From Eledone cirrhosa (lineage: Eukaryota): 64,000 nt of DNA. How positions within the stretch are numbered: the stretch's first letter is position 1; each line of letters starts with the position of its first letter. The stretch is from the NCBI GenBank assembly GCA_964016885.1, contig OZ024759.1, forward strand, positions 7,254,001 to 7,318,000, in the 5' to 3' direction. The translations under genes and the position numbers were made by a program. The notes below the pieces were generated by a model. The model did no database searches, was not told the DNA's origin, and was given only the letters and a program-made list of their open reading frames with translations. Positions 1-14,040 of the stretch are shown piece after piece.

Positions 1-509
1 ATTTTAATATAAATAAACAAACAAAGGGGAGAACTTTGATTATTTATATAGGTAAGTTTAAAAAATGATATTATAATTATAGGGTTTATGAATAGTTCAG
101 GGGAGAAGAATTTATTATTGGGGCTTAGAATATAAGTATATCAATAAATCCACATGTTTAATTATATGGGTAATATAGAAAACCAATATGCATTATATAT
201 ACTTATTGTAGATATAGAAGAAATACTTTTTATTTTTATCTTTCCCAATAATATTACATCCTAGGATGTAATATTATTGGGAAATATTTGAGATTTTAAA
301 TCATATACCCACTTGTCATTGATCTGTTGCGAAATTTTATACATCAAACATTTTATACATCTTCATGTATTTTATCTGAAGAAGGCATACTCTAATTTAT
401 GTTGAACATAAATTTTTGCATCCCCAAAATATATATAATGAAATAAAGAGTGATGTTATAAAATTATATCTTTCGTTTATTACTATTATTATTATTATTA
501 TTATAAATA

Positions 510-712
510 GGGCGGTGGATTGGCAGTATCAGTAGAGGGTCGGACGCCATGCTTTCCAGCATAGTTATGTCCCTTTACGATCTGAGTTCAAATCCCGCCG
601 AGGTTGACTTTGCCTTTCATCCTTACGGGATCGATAAAATAAAGTACCAGTAATGCACTGGGTAATTGCTGGCTTTGTGCCTAAAGTAGAAACAATTATT
701 ATTATTATTATT
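510..712 (+). mobile_element. tRNA-derived SINE, family 1
   Basis: A-box-like TGGCAGTATCAGT, B-box GAGTTCAAATCC, body gactttgcctttcatcc...gataaaataaagtaccag, (ATT)n tail; many copies in the window. Confidence 0.85.
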
Positions 713-837
713 AATATATATAGTAATAATAATAAATTTGAAGACATATATATGTGTGTGTGTGTGTGTACTTGGTAGGCTTTTACATGTAGCAGTTGTA
801 CCTGGATTAAGCAACAAACGGCCACAGGAAACAAACA

Positions 838-1540
838 CTACGAAACTCTGGGAGGGCTCTGTAGAAACAGTAGACAGCTTCTGCTACCTAGGTGACCGAA
901 TTAGCAGCGGAAGTGGGTGTTTGGAAAGTACAATAACTAGGGTAAGAATGGGATGGAAGAAGTTCAGGGAGCTACTGCCACTGCTAGCTGCAAAAGGCTT
1001 TTCCCTCAAAATGAAAGGCAGACTGTATGATGTGTGTATCCGAACAGCAATGTTACATGGTAGTGAGACCTGGGCGCTGTCTGTAGAAGACTTGCGTAGA
1101 TTAGAAAGAAACGAAGCCTGCATGCTCTGATGGATGTGTAATAGTAATATACGCAAATGGCAAAGCATAGAATTGAGAGAGAGACTGAGCATAAGAGGAA
1201 TCAAATGCTGTGTGCAGGAGAGGAGGTTGAATTGGTATGGACATGTGATGCATATGAAGGATGACAGCTGCATAAAAATGTGCAACGCACTAAAAGTCGA
1301 TGGAAGCTTTGGAGTGGGAGACCCAAGAAGACCTGGGATGAGGTGATAAAATCTGACCTTGCCCAATTGCACCTCTCAAAAGAGATGACCCGTGACCTCT
1401 AGCATTACGCAGTAGTGCAGAAGACCCGACTTCCCACAGGTACAAGCTGAAGCCAAAGCATATAGACAGTATGCCCACATCCCCTCCCACTGCAAAGTGG
1501 TCGTGTAGGTGTCACCCAGCCCACACTGTAAAGGGGTCGT
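838..1540 (+). mobile_element. RTE LINE 3' fragment
   Basis: VDSFCYLGD...KGRLYDVCIRTAMLHGSETW...RRLNWYGHVM; contains stops and frameshifts. Confidence 0.88.
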
Positions 1541-3444
1541 TTAAATAATGAAGAATTTGGAGGGATTTAGTAATATAAGTAACTTTCTCATTACTAAACT
1601 GGTTTTTGGAACATAAAGGTTCTTAGATGTTGATACCACAAGCAATAATAATAGTTTTCTTCTCATTCTTTTTTTCTCTTTTCTTTGTAGAATCCAGTTT
1701 AATTCTGAAGAACAATGGACAAAAGCCTTAAAGTACATGATGACGAACCTACGGTGGGGTTTAGCATGGGTATCATCACAGTTTCCCAACAACTGATCCC
1801 TAAACATTAATCCTTTACCAATGACCCTGTTTCTCGTGAAATATACACTGCCCTTGCTGTGAGTTTCAATTCATTTTGGAAAATAATTGAGAATTTGGGG
1901 AGATTTTAGTAAAATAACTAACTTTGGTTGTTATTTTAAATAATACCGGTGTTTAAAATTTGACTTAACCCTTCTTTTTGGTACAATATTTCTAATGAAA
2001 GACACTGTCTATGTCATTAACCCTTCCATTACCATATTTCTAATGAAAGACACTGTCTATGTCATTAACCCTCTCATTACCATATTTCTAATGAAGATAC
2101 TGTCTATGGGATTTAGTAATATAACTAACTTTCTTATTAAGTTGGTGTTTTAACAGAGGCTCTTATAAAAATGGAAGGTTTTTAGATAAATTTAAACATT
2201 TTAAAACAAATATCTTTTTATCATAGAACCAGGGGTGTTTGGAACCTAATTCAACAAAGGTTCCTATATAAAATTATGGTGGAGCTAAGGGCTGTTTCAG
2301 GTGGTTTCGTATGAAAAGGGTTCATGTTGTTGTTGTTGTTGTTGTTGTCAGTGTACATAACAATAACAACAAATGTAAATATGTAAACTTATATATAACA
2401 TGTTTAATAGGAGATTGTGATGGGGGTGACATTCCCACTATGACCACCACTAACAACTGCAAACATAAGTAAAAGAAAAAGAATTTTAAAATATATATTT
2501 ATTTATTTCCTAAAATGTTTTACAGCTGCTGGTAATGTTGTGGAGTGAATGCCTACACCCTACATATTTGCATGCACACATACATATTCTAACTGTAAAC
2601 ACTGTTGCTATATATATATATATTTATATACACATACACACACAAATTTAAATAAGGTTAAATACTTGGAAGCCCTACAATGCGTGCAAGATTAAAAGTA
2701 ATAGGAGTTATAGAGAAGGAAAGAGTGAGGGCGATAGAATTTTACCTCAGCAAATATATTTATCTCAAATATCTTCAGTTTTAAATACCTATACACAGAT
2801 CCTCTCTTGAGAATAGGTTTCTAAACCCCAAAATATTTGCGATTAATAAATTGCTGAGGTAAAATTCTATCGCCCTCACTCTTTCCTCAGTCTTTTATTC
2901 TCCATAACTCCTATTACATTGGCACTTTTAATCTTGCACGCATTGTAGGGCTTTCAAATATTTAAACGTATTTAAATTTGTATTTCTTATTCCACAATGC
3001 TTCAAGCAAACTACAACACCTGGTTATATATATGTATGTATATAAGAATCACCAGACTGATGGGCATATTGATACTGGAATAAACACATGCACACAAAGA
3101 AATAGGGCCAATGTTTATATAAATCTAACATTTCACCAGTCACCACAAACTATTTTTTATTGAAGAGCATATTGATAACAGAGTTGGGCCCATAACCTCT
3201 GTGGCTGACATTGAACCAATCCTCTGTGAAACACATCAATACACAATAAAAAAAACAAATATATGAATACATGTAAACAAAACTTCATTGTTTTTTTATT
3301 ATATACACTCTATAAGGCAACATTCCCAGCCAGAAGCCTCAGCCATGAAATCAGAATGGAATTATTTATTTCAACAGCTTAACATATGAAAAGGCCTGTA
3401 TCTTCTTTGTTTAGCACACAAAGCTGCAAGAATATATATATTTG

Positions 3445-3710
3445 TGGAGTCGTAGAGGCCCTGTCATACGGTGCACTTTTAAACCTGGTGGAGCCCTGAT
3501 AAAGATCCTAGAGTCGTAGAGGCCCTGTCATATGGTGTGTCTAGAGCACTTTTAAACCTGGTGGAGCCTAGATAAAGATCCCAGAGTCATAGAAGCCCTG
3601 TCATGGTGTGTCTAGAGCACTTTTAAACCTGGTGGAGCCCAGATAAAGATCCCGGAGTCGTAGAGGCCCTGTCTAGGGCACTTTTAAACCTGGTGGAGCC
3701 TAACCCTCTC
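3445..3710. repeat. About 4 tandem copies of a 63-75 bp unit
   Basis: Recurring gagtcgtagaggccctgtc...gcacttttaaacctggtggagcc...gataaagatcc. Confidence 0.85.
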
Positions 3711-4177
3711 CAGGTCTGAACACAGCTGATTTTTTCTATAGAAGAGGAATCAACCCCAGTACTTGACTGATACTTTTTTTATCAACCTCAAAAGGATGAA
3801 AGGCAAAGTTGACCCTGGCGGGACTTGAACTCAGAGAGCACAATGAAGGTGGACAAATACCGTAAAGCATTCTATCAGACATCTTAACAACTCAGTCAAT
3901 TTGCCACTTGTATGTTTATTTAAAAACATTTTGAACGCCTTCCGCTATGAATATAAGATAGTCACATACCTAGCTTCAGCATTGGAATTCTATAAGAATC
4001 CAGCTTCTATAGCTTACAGCAAAGGCGGGGGGATATCTTGTCTTGACAACAATAAGTGAGAAACGATCATCGTCAATTACTTCCCTTTGTTTTTGCTGAA
4101 GCTAGGTATGTGAATGAAAGGCCTTCAAAATGTCTTTAAATAAACATACAGTACATTATTAAATATACAATATACAA

Positions 4178-4365
4178 TGGCGGTGAATTGGCAGTATCGG
4201 TAGAGGTTGGACGCCATGCTTTCTAGCATAGTTACGTCCCTTTACAATCTGAGTTCAAATCCCGCCGAGGTTAACTTTGCCTTTCATCCTTACGGGGTCG
4301 ATAAAATAAAGTACCAGTAATGTACTGGGTAATTGCTGGCCTTGTGCCTAAAGTAGAAACAATTA
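4178..4365 (+). mobile_element. SINE family 1 copy with apparent target-site duplication
   Basis: Full SINE body; attattaaatatacaata occurs at 4155-4172 and 4362-4379. Confidence 0.85.
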
Positions 4366-4512
4366 TTAAATATACAATACGTACATTTATATATACCTTG
4401 CTATTTCAGAGCGCCAACACAAATATATATTACGGCACCACTCCGTTGGTTTTTAAATAAACATACTATTAAATATACAATACGTACATTCATATATATA
4501 TATATATATAGA

Positions 4513-7176
4513 TTATATCCTTACTAGAAGATGTGACAAAGTGTCTGTTGTAAACACTAAATCCCTCCCCCGTGAAGAATGCACCTCCCAATATAGCCTC
4601 ATAGTTAGTGACCTCATAGTCAGGAATAGACTTACTCGACGATGGAGGAGGCCTATCTTGAGGAGAAGAATATGGAAGCTGAAGGACCCCACAGCCAGTG
4701 ACACATTTAAAAGCTTATTACTTGATGCCTTTGACAATAAGGAAGAGCAATTAGAGATGTCCAATATAGAGGAACAGTGGAAATTCTTGAAAGTGAACCT
4801 GCTGAAGGTGACAGATGAAATCTGTGGCTGGAGCAGACCTATAGGCAGGAGGAGAGTAACTTGGTGGTGGAACAGTAAGGTGGAGGAGACAATCAAGGCC
4901 AAATACAGGCTTTGAAAGTATGGCAGGATGGGGCAAGTAGAGAGGACTATCAAGTGGCCAGGAGACAAGTGTACCTTGCAAAAAGGGAAGCAGAGGATAG
5001 AAAGTTCAAGCATGTTCTACAATGCGAGGACCAAAAACGTGAGGTGTTCAGGATTGCTACACAATGTGTCAAGGACAACCGTGATATTGTCGGGGAGAAG
5101 TGTGTCCATAATGATGATGGTGTACTTGCCCTCACTGATACTGATAAGAAGGTAACCTGAAAGTGTCACTACGAGAGGCTACTAAATGAGGAGAATAAAT
5201 GGGATAAAGATAGTCTGCCCCAAATCAATCCAATAAAAGGACCAGCGGTGCAGGTTAAAGGTAGTATAATAAGTAAGGCAATCAAAGATATGAAGACAGG
5301 CAGGGCAGCTGGGCCTTTGGAGATAGTTGTTGAGATGTTGAAGGCATCTGGAATGGTGGGACATACTATCGTCACCCATATAGTTAACCAAGTAATACAG
5401 AATTGGGTCATAACAAAAGACTGGCGTAGCAGAATCATCATTAACTGCTACAAGGGTAAAGGAGATGCTCTAGATAGGGGAAACTACAGAGGCATTAAGT
5501 TAATTGACCAGGTCATGAAGGTCACAGAAAGAGTAATAGCACAACTAATCAGAGAGCGAATTGATCTAGATGAAATGCAGTTTGGGTTTGTGTGAGATGC
5601 TATTTTTCTTGTACAACTACAGGAGAAGTACCTAGCTAAAAGTAAACCCCTCTACTTAGCTTTTGTAGACCTGGAGAAAGCCTTTGACAGAGTCCCCCGC
5701 TCCATTATCTGGTGGGCTCTTAGAAAACTAGGTGTAGATGAATGGCTTGTGAGAGCTATACAAGCCATGTATAATGAAACAGTCATGAATATTGTGAAGA
5801 ATTTAGTGTAAAAGTTGGCTCTGTCCTTAGCCCCCTCCTATTTATTATTGCCCTTCAGGCTATAACAGAGGAGTTCAAGACCGGCTGCCCATGGGAACTC
5901 CTATACGCAGATGATCTAACGCTCGTAGCCGAATCAATGGCTGAACTAGAAAAGAAATTCCAAACATGGTAGCATGGTCTAGAATCAAAAGGCCTTAAAG
6001 TTAACTTGTCTAAGACTAAAGTTCTGGCTTATAGAAAGGAAAATAAGGCACAGGTACCCTCAGGGAAATGGCCATGCTCAGTGTGTAGGAAAGGAGTAGG
6101 CAGAAATTCCATTTTATGTCCCAAATGCAAACTATGGGTACATAAAAGATGTAGTAGGATCACAGGTAAGCTATCTAAGAACGTAGATTTTATATGTGGC
6201 CGATGCTCGGGTGCAATAGGTAGCAAGTGTCCACAGGATACTAGCTCCTTCTATTGCCCAGATGGTTCTATAGAAATAGTAGACACTTTCCATTACTTGG
6301 GTGACGAAATCAGCAGTGGTGGAGGGTGTTCTGAAAGTACAGTAGCCAGAGTCAGAACGGGATGGAAAAAGTTTCTCTCTAAAAATGAAAGGCAGATTGT
6401 ATGATGCCTGTATACGAACAGCAATGCTACATGGCAGTGAGGCATGGGCATTACGTGCAGAGGATCTACGCAGACTAGAAAGGAACGAAGCATGCATGCT
6501 CTGTTGGATGTGTAATACGTGAACAGCAAAGCATAAATGAACTAAGTGAGAAATTAGGAATAAGAGGGATCAGATGTTGTTTACTTGAGAGAAGACTACG
6601 TTGGTATGGTCACGTGATGCGCATGAAAGACGACAGCTGTATAAAAAAGTGCCGGGCGATCAAAATTGATGGTAGCTACGGAGTAGGTAGACCCAGAAAA
6701 ACTTGGGATGATTTGATAAATTCCGACCTCACACACTTACATCTCTCTAAGATAATGTCACTGGACCGAGATCTTTGGTGTTATGCAGTAATACAGAAGA
6801 CCCACCTTGCCTATGTACAAAGTGAAACCTAGTCAGTAGGCACCTCTTAACCAAATATACACCCCAATCCACTACCCCTACCCTATCCTCCCACTCCCAC
6901 CAACAGAAGGAGATAATGAGATCGAGATCGTGTAGGTGTCACGAGAAAAAAAACACACAGTCCACGCTGTAATGTGGCTGTGTAGGTAACACAGTAAAAA
7001 GTTCCCAGTTCCACACTGTAAACGTGGTTGGTGTTAGGAAGGGCATCCAGCCGTAGAAAACCTGCCAGATAGTCGTATATGAGCGAGACATGGTCACCCG
7101 ACCAACCTTGCCTCAAGTGGGACAACTCCCGTCTAACCCATGCTAGCGTGGAAGATGGACGTTAAACGAAGATGAT
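4513..7176 (+). mobile_element. RTE LINE subfamily B, 5'-truncated and decayed
   Basis: End of the endonuclease region, WWWN, NYRGIKL, QFGF, FVDLEKAFD, LLYADD, PHD-like Cys/His motif, GRPRKTW, 3' UTR ending ggacgttaaacgaagatgat. Confidence 0.92.
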
Positions 7177-7901
7177 ACTTCGTTTTTTAATTTGTATTGC
7201 AAGATTTCTTATCTGAAGACGTGTGTTGAAACAGATATTGCTATACTTTGGGAGGGTCATGTTGCCAATAAAAACACATGCACCTGTTGGTTCAATAACT
7301 GGATGGTTGTTTATATAGTGTCAAAGCTCTTTCATCACACATTCTGTGACCTCCTCAGTGACTGATTTCTCATGTTGTGTCTCTTTTGTTGTGTCCTACA
7401 TCTTGTTTAACACAATCAACAGGTGCGCGTGTTTTATTGGCAGTGTGACCCTCCCAAAGTATAACAATATATGTATTGGCAATATCAGCAACATGACCAT
7501 CCTCACATGTAACACTACATATATACCTGGCGTTAAGCAGTAATACAGAAGACCCGACTTCTCACGGGTATAAGCCAGAGCTGCAGCATATAGACAATAT
7601 GCCCCACCCCTCCCACTGTAAAGTGGACGTGTAGGCACCATAGAAAAAAAGCACCCAGCACTCACTGTAAATGAGGTTGGTGTTAAGAAGGGCATCCAGC
7701 TGTAGAAATCAAGCCAGAATCAGTTCTGTATGAGCAAAACAAGGTCACCTGACCTGGCATTGCCCACAACAGGACAACCTGTCTAACCCATGCTAGCGTG
7801 GAAGAATGGACGTCAAACAGTGATGATGATATATATATATTATACATAAGATTAACTCTTTCCAGGATCATAGTTAATAATGGTCATTCTTATAGAGGCT
7901 A

Positions 7902-9202
7902 CGTGGGGGGATCAAAAAGTTAGCAGAATTTTATTGTAGTAAGAAAAAAATAGGTTAAAACAATATTAAACATGTCAGAACATTGTCACTGGGTGTTTAC
8001 CTCGCTATTAGTCACTTGCAGTCAGTTATGCACGGACTATTGTACAGTACTGACACTCTTTAAAAAACCTCTTTTTGGAACAATGGAAAATAGTTATTTT
8101 GAGATAAGATCGAATATCAAGTTTCTGGTGAAACTCAAATGGAAAGGGACACAGATTATGGAGGCTTTAGTTAAAGTTTACGGTACTACTGCTCCAAAGA
8201 AAACTGCTGTCTACAAGGGGATTCAGCGATTCAAACAAGGGAGAGACAACCATCACAGTGGAAGACTAGGAACATCAAAAAATGACCAAAACGTTGAGGC
8301 TGCTCAGACTTTAATTGAAGAAAATCGAAGAATAACAGTTAATCAGTTAGCTAAGTCCCTAGACATTTCATATGGTTCGGCAAATTCAATTCTGCACGAT
8401 AATTTGGGACTAAGCAAGCTTTCAGCGCGATGGGTCCCAAAAGCGTTGCACCCTGATCAGCTGATTCTTCGAAGTGATCTGTCTTTGGCGATATTAAACA
8501 AAATTGAAGTTTATGAAGAGCATTTCCTGACCAGAATCATCACCGGAGATGAAACCTGGATCTACCAGTATGATGCTGAATCCAAACAGCAGTCAAAACA
8601 GTGGCTTCCACGTGGATCATCGGGGCCAATCAAGTTCAAATCTCAAAAGTCGGATCAAAAAGTGATGGCCACCATTTTCTGGGATTCAGATGGGGTGATA
8701 CTAATAGATTATCTTGAAGGTCAAAGAACTGTGACAGGAGCTTACTATGCAAATATTTTAAGGAAGCTGAAAGAGGCATTAGTCAAGAAATGAAAAGGGA
8801 AACTTCATGGCGGGATCTTGTTTCACCATGACAATGCACCAGCACATTCTGCGTGGGTTGCAAAAGAAGTTCTTCGAGAATTTCGATGGGAAGTGCTTCC
8901 TCACCTGCCTTATAGTCCAGATTTAGCCCCATCAGACTTTTTCCTCTTTCCAAAACTAAAAACAAATGCTAAAAGGAACCTGTTTTAGTGGTGTTGAAGA
9001 AGCTAAAAACACTGCCAACACATGGCTTCGAACAAGGCCTTCTACTTTCTTTAGAGACGGCTGACGGAGGTGGAAGCATCGCCTTGTGAAGTGTATTGAC
9101 CTGGATGGCAACTATGTAGAAAAATAAATTGAAGGTAAATCATATTTTCTGAAAAATAGAATATTTTCTGAAAAATTCCGCGAACTTTTTGATCCCCCCT
9201 CG
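7902..9202 (+). mobile_element. Full-length mariner (Tc1/mariner, DD34D type) transposon, inactive
   Basis: TIRs cgtggggggatcaaaaagtt / aactttttgatcccccctcg flanked by TA (7900-7901, 9203-9204); motifs ARWVPK, ITGDETWIYQY, HHDNAPAH, YSPDLAPSDF; premature stop at 8793 and a later frameshift. Confidence 0.95.
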
Positions 9203-9750
9203 TATTACTACTACTGCTATTACTACTACTACTACTGCTATTACTACTACTACTGCTATTACTACTACTGCTATTACTGCTGCTGCTATTACTACTACTA
9301 CTACTACCACTACTACTATTACTACTATTACTACTACTACTGCTATTACTACTATTACCACTACTACTGCTATTACTACTACTACCACTACTACTGCTGC
9401 TATTACTACTACTACTACCACTGCTGCTATTACTACCACTACTGGCGCTATTACTACTACCACTACTATTACTACCACCACCACTACTACCACTGCTATT
9501 ACTACCACCACTACTACTACTACTACCACCACTACTACTACTACCACCACTACTACTACTACTACTACCACCACTACCACTACTACTGCTGCTATTACTA
9601 CCACCACAACTACTACTACCACCACCACTACTACTGCTGCTATTACTACCTCCACTACTACTACCACCACCACTACTACTACCACTACTACTGCTGCTAT
9701 TACTACCACCACAACTACTACTACTACCACTACCACTACTACCACCACTG
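9203..9750. repeat. Compound (TAC/CAC/TGC/TAT)n trinucleotide array
   Basis: Directly visible; source of the poly-T/V/S ORF artefacts. Confidence 0.95.
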
Positions 9751-10466
9751 TTGTAAATACTTGCTGAAAGAAAGATGTCTGTATTTTGTGGTTGTACTAA
9801 GAACGTAATATTAATAATTGTTTCTACTTTTGGCACAAGGCCAGCAATTCCCCCAGTGTATTACTGGTACTTTATTTTATCGACCCCGTAAGGATGAAAG
9901 GCAAAGTTGACCTCGGCGGGATTTGAACTCTTGTATATCTGAGAAGACACGACTATCCTGAGTACTTGGTACAATATATGACTGGGAGGTCAACACACGT
10001 TAGAAATAACAGCCAAATCTTCCTCAAATTACACCTGAATGTTATATAAAAAGAATGCATTCTTTTCAAACAACTGTGGCCATGATGGAGCACCAGATTC
10101 TTTCATTGGTTGTGGCCATGTTGAGGCACAGATAAAAAGATAACAAAACAAAATGAGTTACTTCAAGTATATTTATTTTTTAATTAATTAATCCTAAAGA
10201 AATATAGATAAAATAATTGTTTCTACTTTTGGGCAGCAATTACCCCAGTGCATTACTGGTACTTTATTGTATCGACCCCGTAACAATGAAAGGCAAAGAT
10301 AACCTCGATAAAAACTGCCACAAGTGGGTCTGGCTTAGATGTTACACTGTTGTAAAAACTGCCATAAATTGTGTGTGTGTGTATATATATATAAGCCGGA
10401 ATCAGTTCCTGTCCCACCCTTGCAAGCAGGGAAAAGCGGACGTAAAATGATGATGATGATGATATA

Positions 10467-11866
10467 TAGGGGAAACTAGAGGCATTAAGTTAATTGACCA
10501 GGTCATGAAGGTCACAGAAAGAGTTATAGCACAACTAACCAGAGATCGAATTGATCTAGATGAAATGCAGTTCAGGTTTGTGTCAGGTAAAAGTACCACA
10601 GATGCTCTTTTCATTGTACGACAACTACAAGAGAAGTACCTAGCTAAAAGTAAACCCCTCTACTTATCTTTTGTTGACTTGGAGAAAGCCTTTGACAGAG
10701 TCTCCCGCTCTATAATCTGGTGGGCTCTCAGAAAACTAGGAGTAGATGAATGGCTTGTGAGAGCTATACAAGCCATGTATAAAGATACAGTCAGCAAGGT
10801 TAGAATTAACAATGAATATAGTGAAGAATTTAGCGTAAAAGTTGGTGTTCATCAAGGCTCTGTCCTTAACCCCCTCCTGTTTATTATTGCCTTCAGGCTA
10901 TAACAGAGGAGTTCAAGACTGGCTGCCCATAGGAACTCCTATATGCAGATGATCTAACGCTCATAGCTGAATCAATGGCTGAACCAGAGCAGAAATTCCA
11001 AACATGGAAGCATGGCCTAGAATATCAAAAGGCCTTAAAGTTAACTTGTCTAAGACTAAAGTTCTAGTATGTAGAAAGGAAAATAGGGCTTAGGTGCCCT
11101 CTGGGAAATGGCTATGCTCAGTGTATAGGAGAGGAGTAGGTAGAAATTCCATTTTATGTCCCAAATGCAAACTATGGGCACATAAAAGATGTAGTGTGAT
11201 CACAGGTAAGCTATCTAAGAATGTAGATTTTATATGTGGCCGGTGCTCAGGTGCAATAAGTAGCAAGTGCCCACAGGAGGACCTGCGCAGACTGGAAAGG
11301 AACGAAGCATGCATGCTCGATTGGATGTGTAATAGTAATATACGTGAACGGCAAAGCATAAATGAACTAAGTGAGAAATTAGGGATAAGAGAGATCAGAT
11401 GCTGTTTACTCAAGAGAAGACTACGTTGGTATGGCCACGTGATGCGCATGAAAGATGCCAGCTGTATAAAAAAGTGCAGGATGATCAAAACAATATGGTA
11501 GTTACGGAGTAGCCAGACCCAGAAAAACCTGGGACGACTTGATAAATTCCGACCTCACACGCTTACACCTCTCTAAGACAATGTCACTGGACCGAGATCT
11601 TTGGCGCTACGCAGTAATACAGAAGACCTGCCTTGTCTATGTACATAGCGAAACCTACAGTCAGTAGGTACCTCTTAACCAAATATACACCCCAATCCAC
11701 TACCCCCACTCCCACCCTCTCTCTGTGAAGTTATGTTGGTACCGCAACATCCAGTTCTAAATAAATGAGATCGTGTAGGTAACACAGTAAAAGGTTCCCA
11801 GTCCACACTGTAAATGTCTAACCTCTGCTAGCGTGGAAGATAGATGTTAAACAATGATGATGATGA

Positions 11867-11870
<4 letters not shown>
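10467..11870 (+). mobile_element. RTE LINE subfamily B fragment with internal deletion
   Basis: RT motifs and PHD-like motif; jumps from KCPQ directly to EDLRRLERN near 11277; (GAT)n tail. Confidence 0.9.
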
Positions 11871-11902
<32 letters not shown>

Positions 11903-12265
11903 GTGTGTTTGTATATATATGTATGCGTGAGTATGTATATATACACGTATGTGTGTGTATATATACATATCTATACACACACACGTTTCTTATTACTACT
12001 TCTGACAATTATATTTTATATATTATTCTGTACATTACCAAAGACATATACATACATACATGCATGTATATATATATATGCATGTATGTATATGTATATA
12101 TATGTATATACATACATGCATGTATATATATATATGCATATATAATAAATATATATATATTTATTAAAATGTGTATGTATATATGTATGCATATATATGT
12201 ATATACATATATATATGCACACATACATTTTGCTGAAAGTAATTTTAGTCCTAACACAGCCTATA

Positions 12266-12268
12266 TTA

Positions 12269-12302
<34 letters not shown>

Positions 12303-12690
12303 ACAGCAACATCACCATCAGTAGCACTAGTATCAGTAGTAGTTTTAACCACAGTCTCCGTGTTGGTCTCTTCTTCAGCAAGATCCTCACCACACTCAAA
12401 GCGGACGAAATCGTCAACGGTTACAGACTTGTCAGACAAATATTCACCAACCGACTTGTTAGCATCTAGTAGGAACTCTTGAAAGATGAGCACACTCTCC
12501 TGGTCCTTGTCCTCCTGCGGCTTATCACTGTCGGGGTTTCCCACTTTGGCAGGATTCATCCCAACGATGTGCTGTGACAAACGCTGTCCAGCCTCCACTA
12601 TATCCTGCTCGGGCACTTCTGTCGATGTTGGCCTTACTCTAACAACGGCAGCAAATTTACCGACGCTACAGTCCGTTACTTTGGCTAGAC
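12266..12690 (-). CDS. TSFM: TSFM last coding exon
   Basis: (G)LAKVTDCSVGKFAAVV...GQRLSQHIVGMNP...LIFQEFLLD...DFVRFECGE; acceptor tatatttcag, phase 1 matches the previous exon; stop ends at 12266. Total CDS 1038 nt. Confidence 0.93.
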
Positions 12691-13212
12691 CTGAAATATA
12701 GAAGAAAATAATGGTTAGGAAGTGTGTTTAGTGTTTCCATAGGAAAGGTAAAGGAAAGGAGAGTGCTCTATGTAGGCTACAGAGCTATTTAGTTATGTAA
12801 TAAACAACATAAGATAATTATTCCATTTACCAAAGGTTTCAGGAAGACAAACGAGCTTGAAACAGACGTCTGAAATCACTGATCAGAATGAAAATATATT
12901 AAAAACAAAGGCTAAAAGAATTGAAAGTGAGGCTGATATAAAATAACGGGGGGGAAAAATAGAATGTAAGGTAATGGAGGAAAATAATAAATATATTATA
13001 ATGTCCCACCCTTGCAAGCAGAGAAAAGCAGACGTAAAATGATGATGATGATATATATATATATATATATATATATAACGAAGGAAATGTGGTAAGGAAC
13101 CAGATAGACCATAATGCACCAAAGTAATCAATACTTAGGGTAGTAGAGTGGGTAATAGGAACAAGTATGACCCCGATGGCAGAGCTCTGCCGTCGGGGTC
13201 ATACTTGTTCCT

Positions 13213-13722
13213 ATGACGAAGAAAGGTTTCTCCCTGCGTACGAAAGGCCGGTTGTATGATGCCTGTGTGAGGAGCGCGATGCTGCATGGTAGTGAGACAT
13301 GGGCAGCAACCGCAGAGGATATGCGACGGCTGGAGAGAAATGAGGCAAGCATGCTCCGTTGGATGTGCAGTGTAAATGTGCGTGAACGACCCAGCATAAA
13401 TGTGTTGAGAGAGAAACTGTGTCTGAGAGGGATAGAATGTAGTGTACGGGAGAGGAGACTGAGGTGGTATGGACATGTGATGCGCATGGAGGATGACCGA
13501 TGGGTGAAGAAGTGCCAGGAAATGCCAGTTGAATGAAAACGTGGTAGAGGTAGACCACGAAAAACATGGGCGGAGGTGGTGAGAACAGACCTCAGATCAT
13601 TGAAGCTCACGGTGGAGATGACGAAGGACCGTGACGAGTGGAGAGATGCTGTGCTGAATAAGACACATCCCACCCTTGCAAGCAGGGAAAAGCGGACATA
13701 AAATGATGATGATGATGATGAT
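13213..13722 (+). mobile_element. RTE LINE subfamily A 3' fragment
   Basis: KGRLYDACVRSAMLHGSETW...RLRWYGHVMR; 3' end cccacccttgcaagcagggaaaagcggac...(GAT)n. Confidence 0.9.
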
Positions 13723-13975
13723 ATATATATATATAGTTATGTAATAAACAACATAAGATAATTATTTCATTTACCAGTGGTTTCTTGAAAGCAAATTTTG
13801 TTTGCTTTCAAGAAACCACTGGTAAATGAAATAATTATATGTTGTTTATTACATAACTATTAAGCTCTGTAACCTACATAGAGCACTCTTTTTTCCTGGA
13901 CCTTTCCTACGGAAATACTTCATATATATATATATATATAAGTTTAGGAATAACCAAAGAGTGCTTAGAAATACA

Positions 13976-14040
13976 TTGTTTTATTTGCTAACAGTGTTTC
14001 ATCCATACCCTAGGGCAGGAATCATCAGAGCTTATAAACA
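13976..14040 (-). ncRNA. Type I hammerhead ribozyme motif
   Basis: Minus strand GCT-CTGATGA-ttcctgccc/gggtatggat-GAAA-C-act-G-TT-AGC; stem I is short. Confidence 0.55.

Noticed and set aside
9051-9836. Long Ser/Gly, Val and Thr-rich ORFs
   Set aside because: Translations of a trinucleotide microsatellite.
11854-12260. Ile/Tyr/Cys/His-rich ORFs here and at 34051-36359, 45364-45747 and 49177-49707
   Set aside because: Artefacts of (TA)n, (CA)n and (CATA)n repeats.
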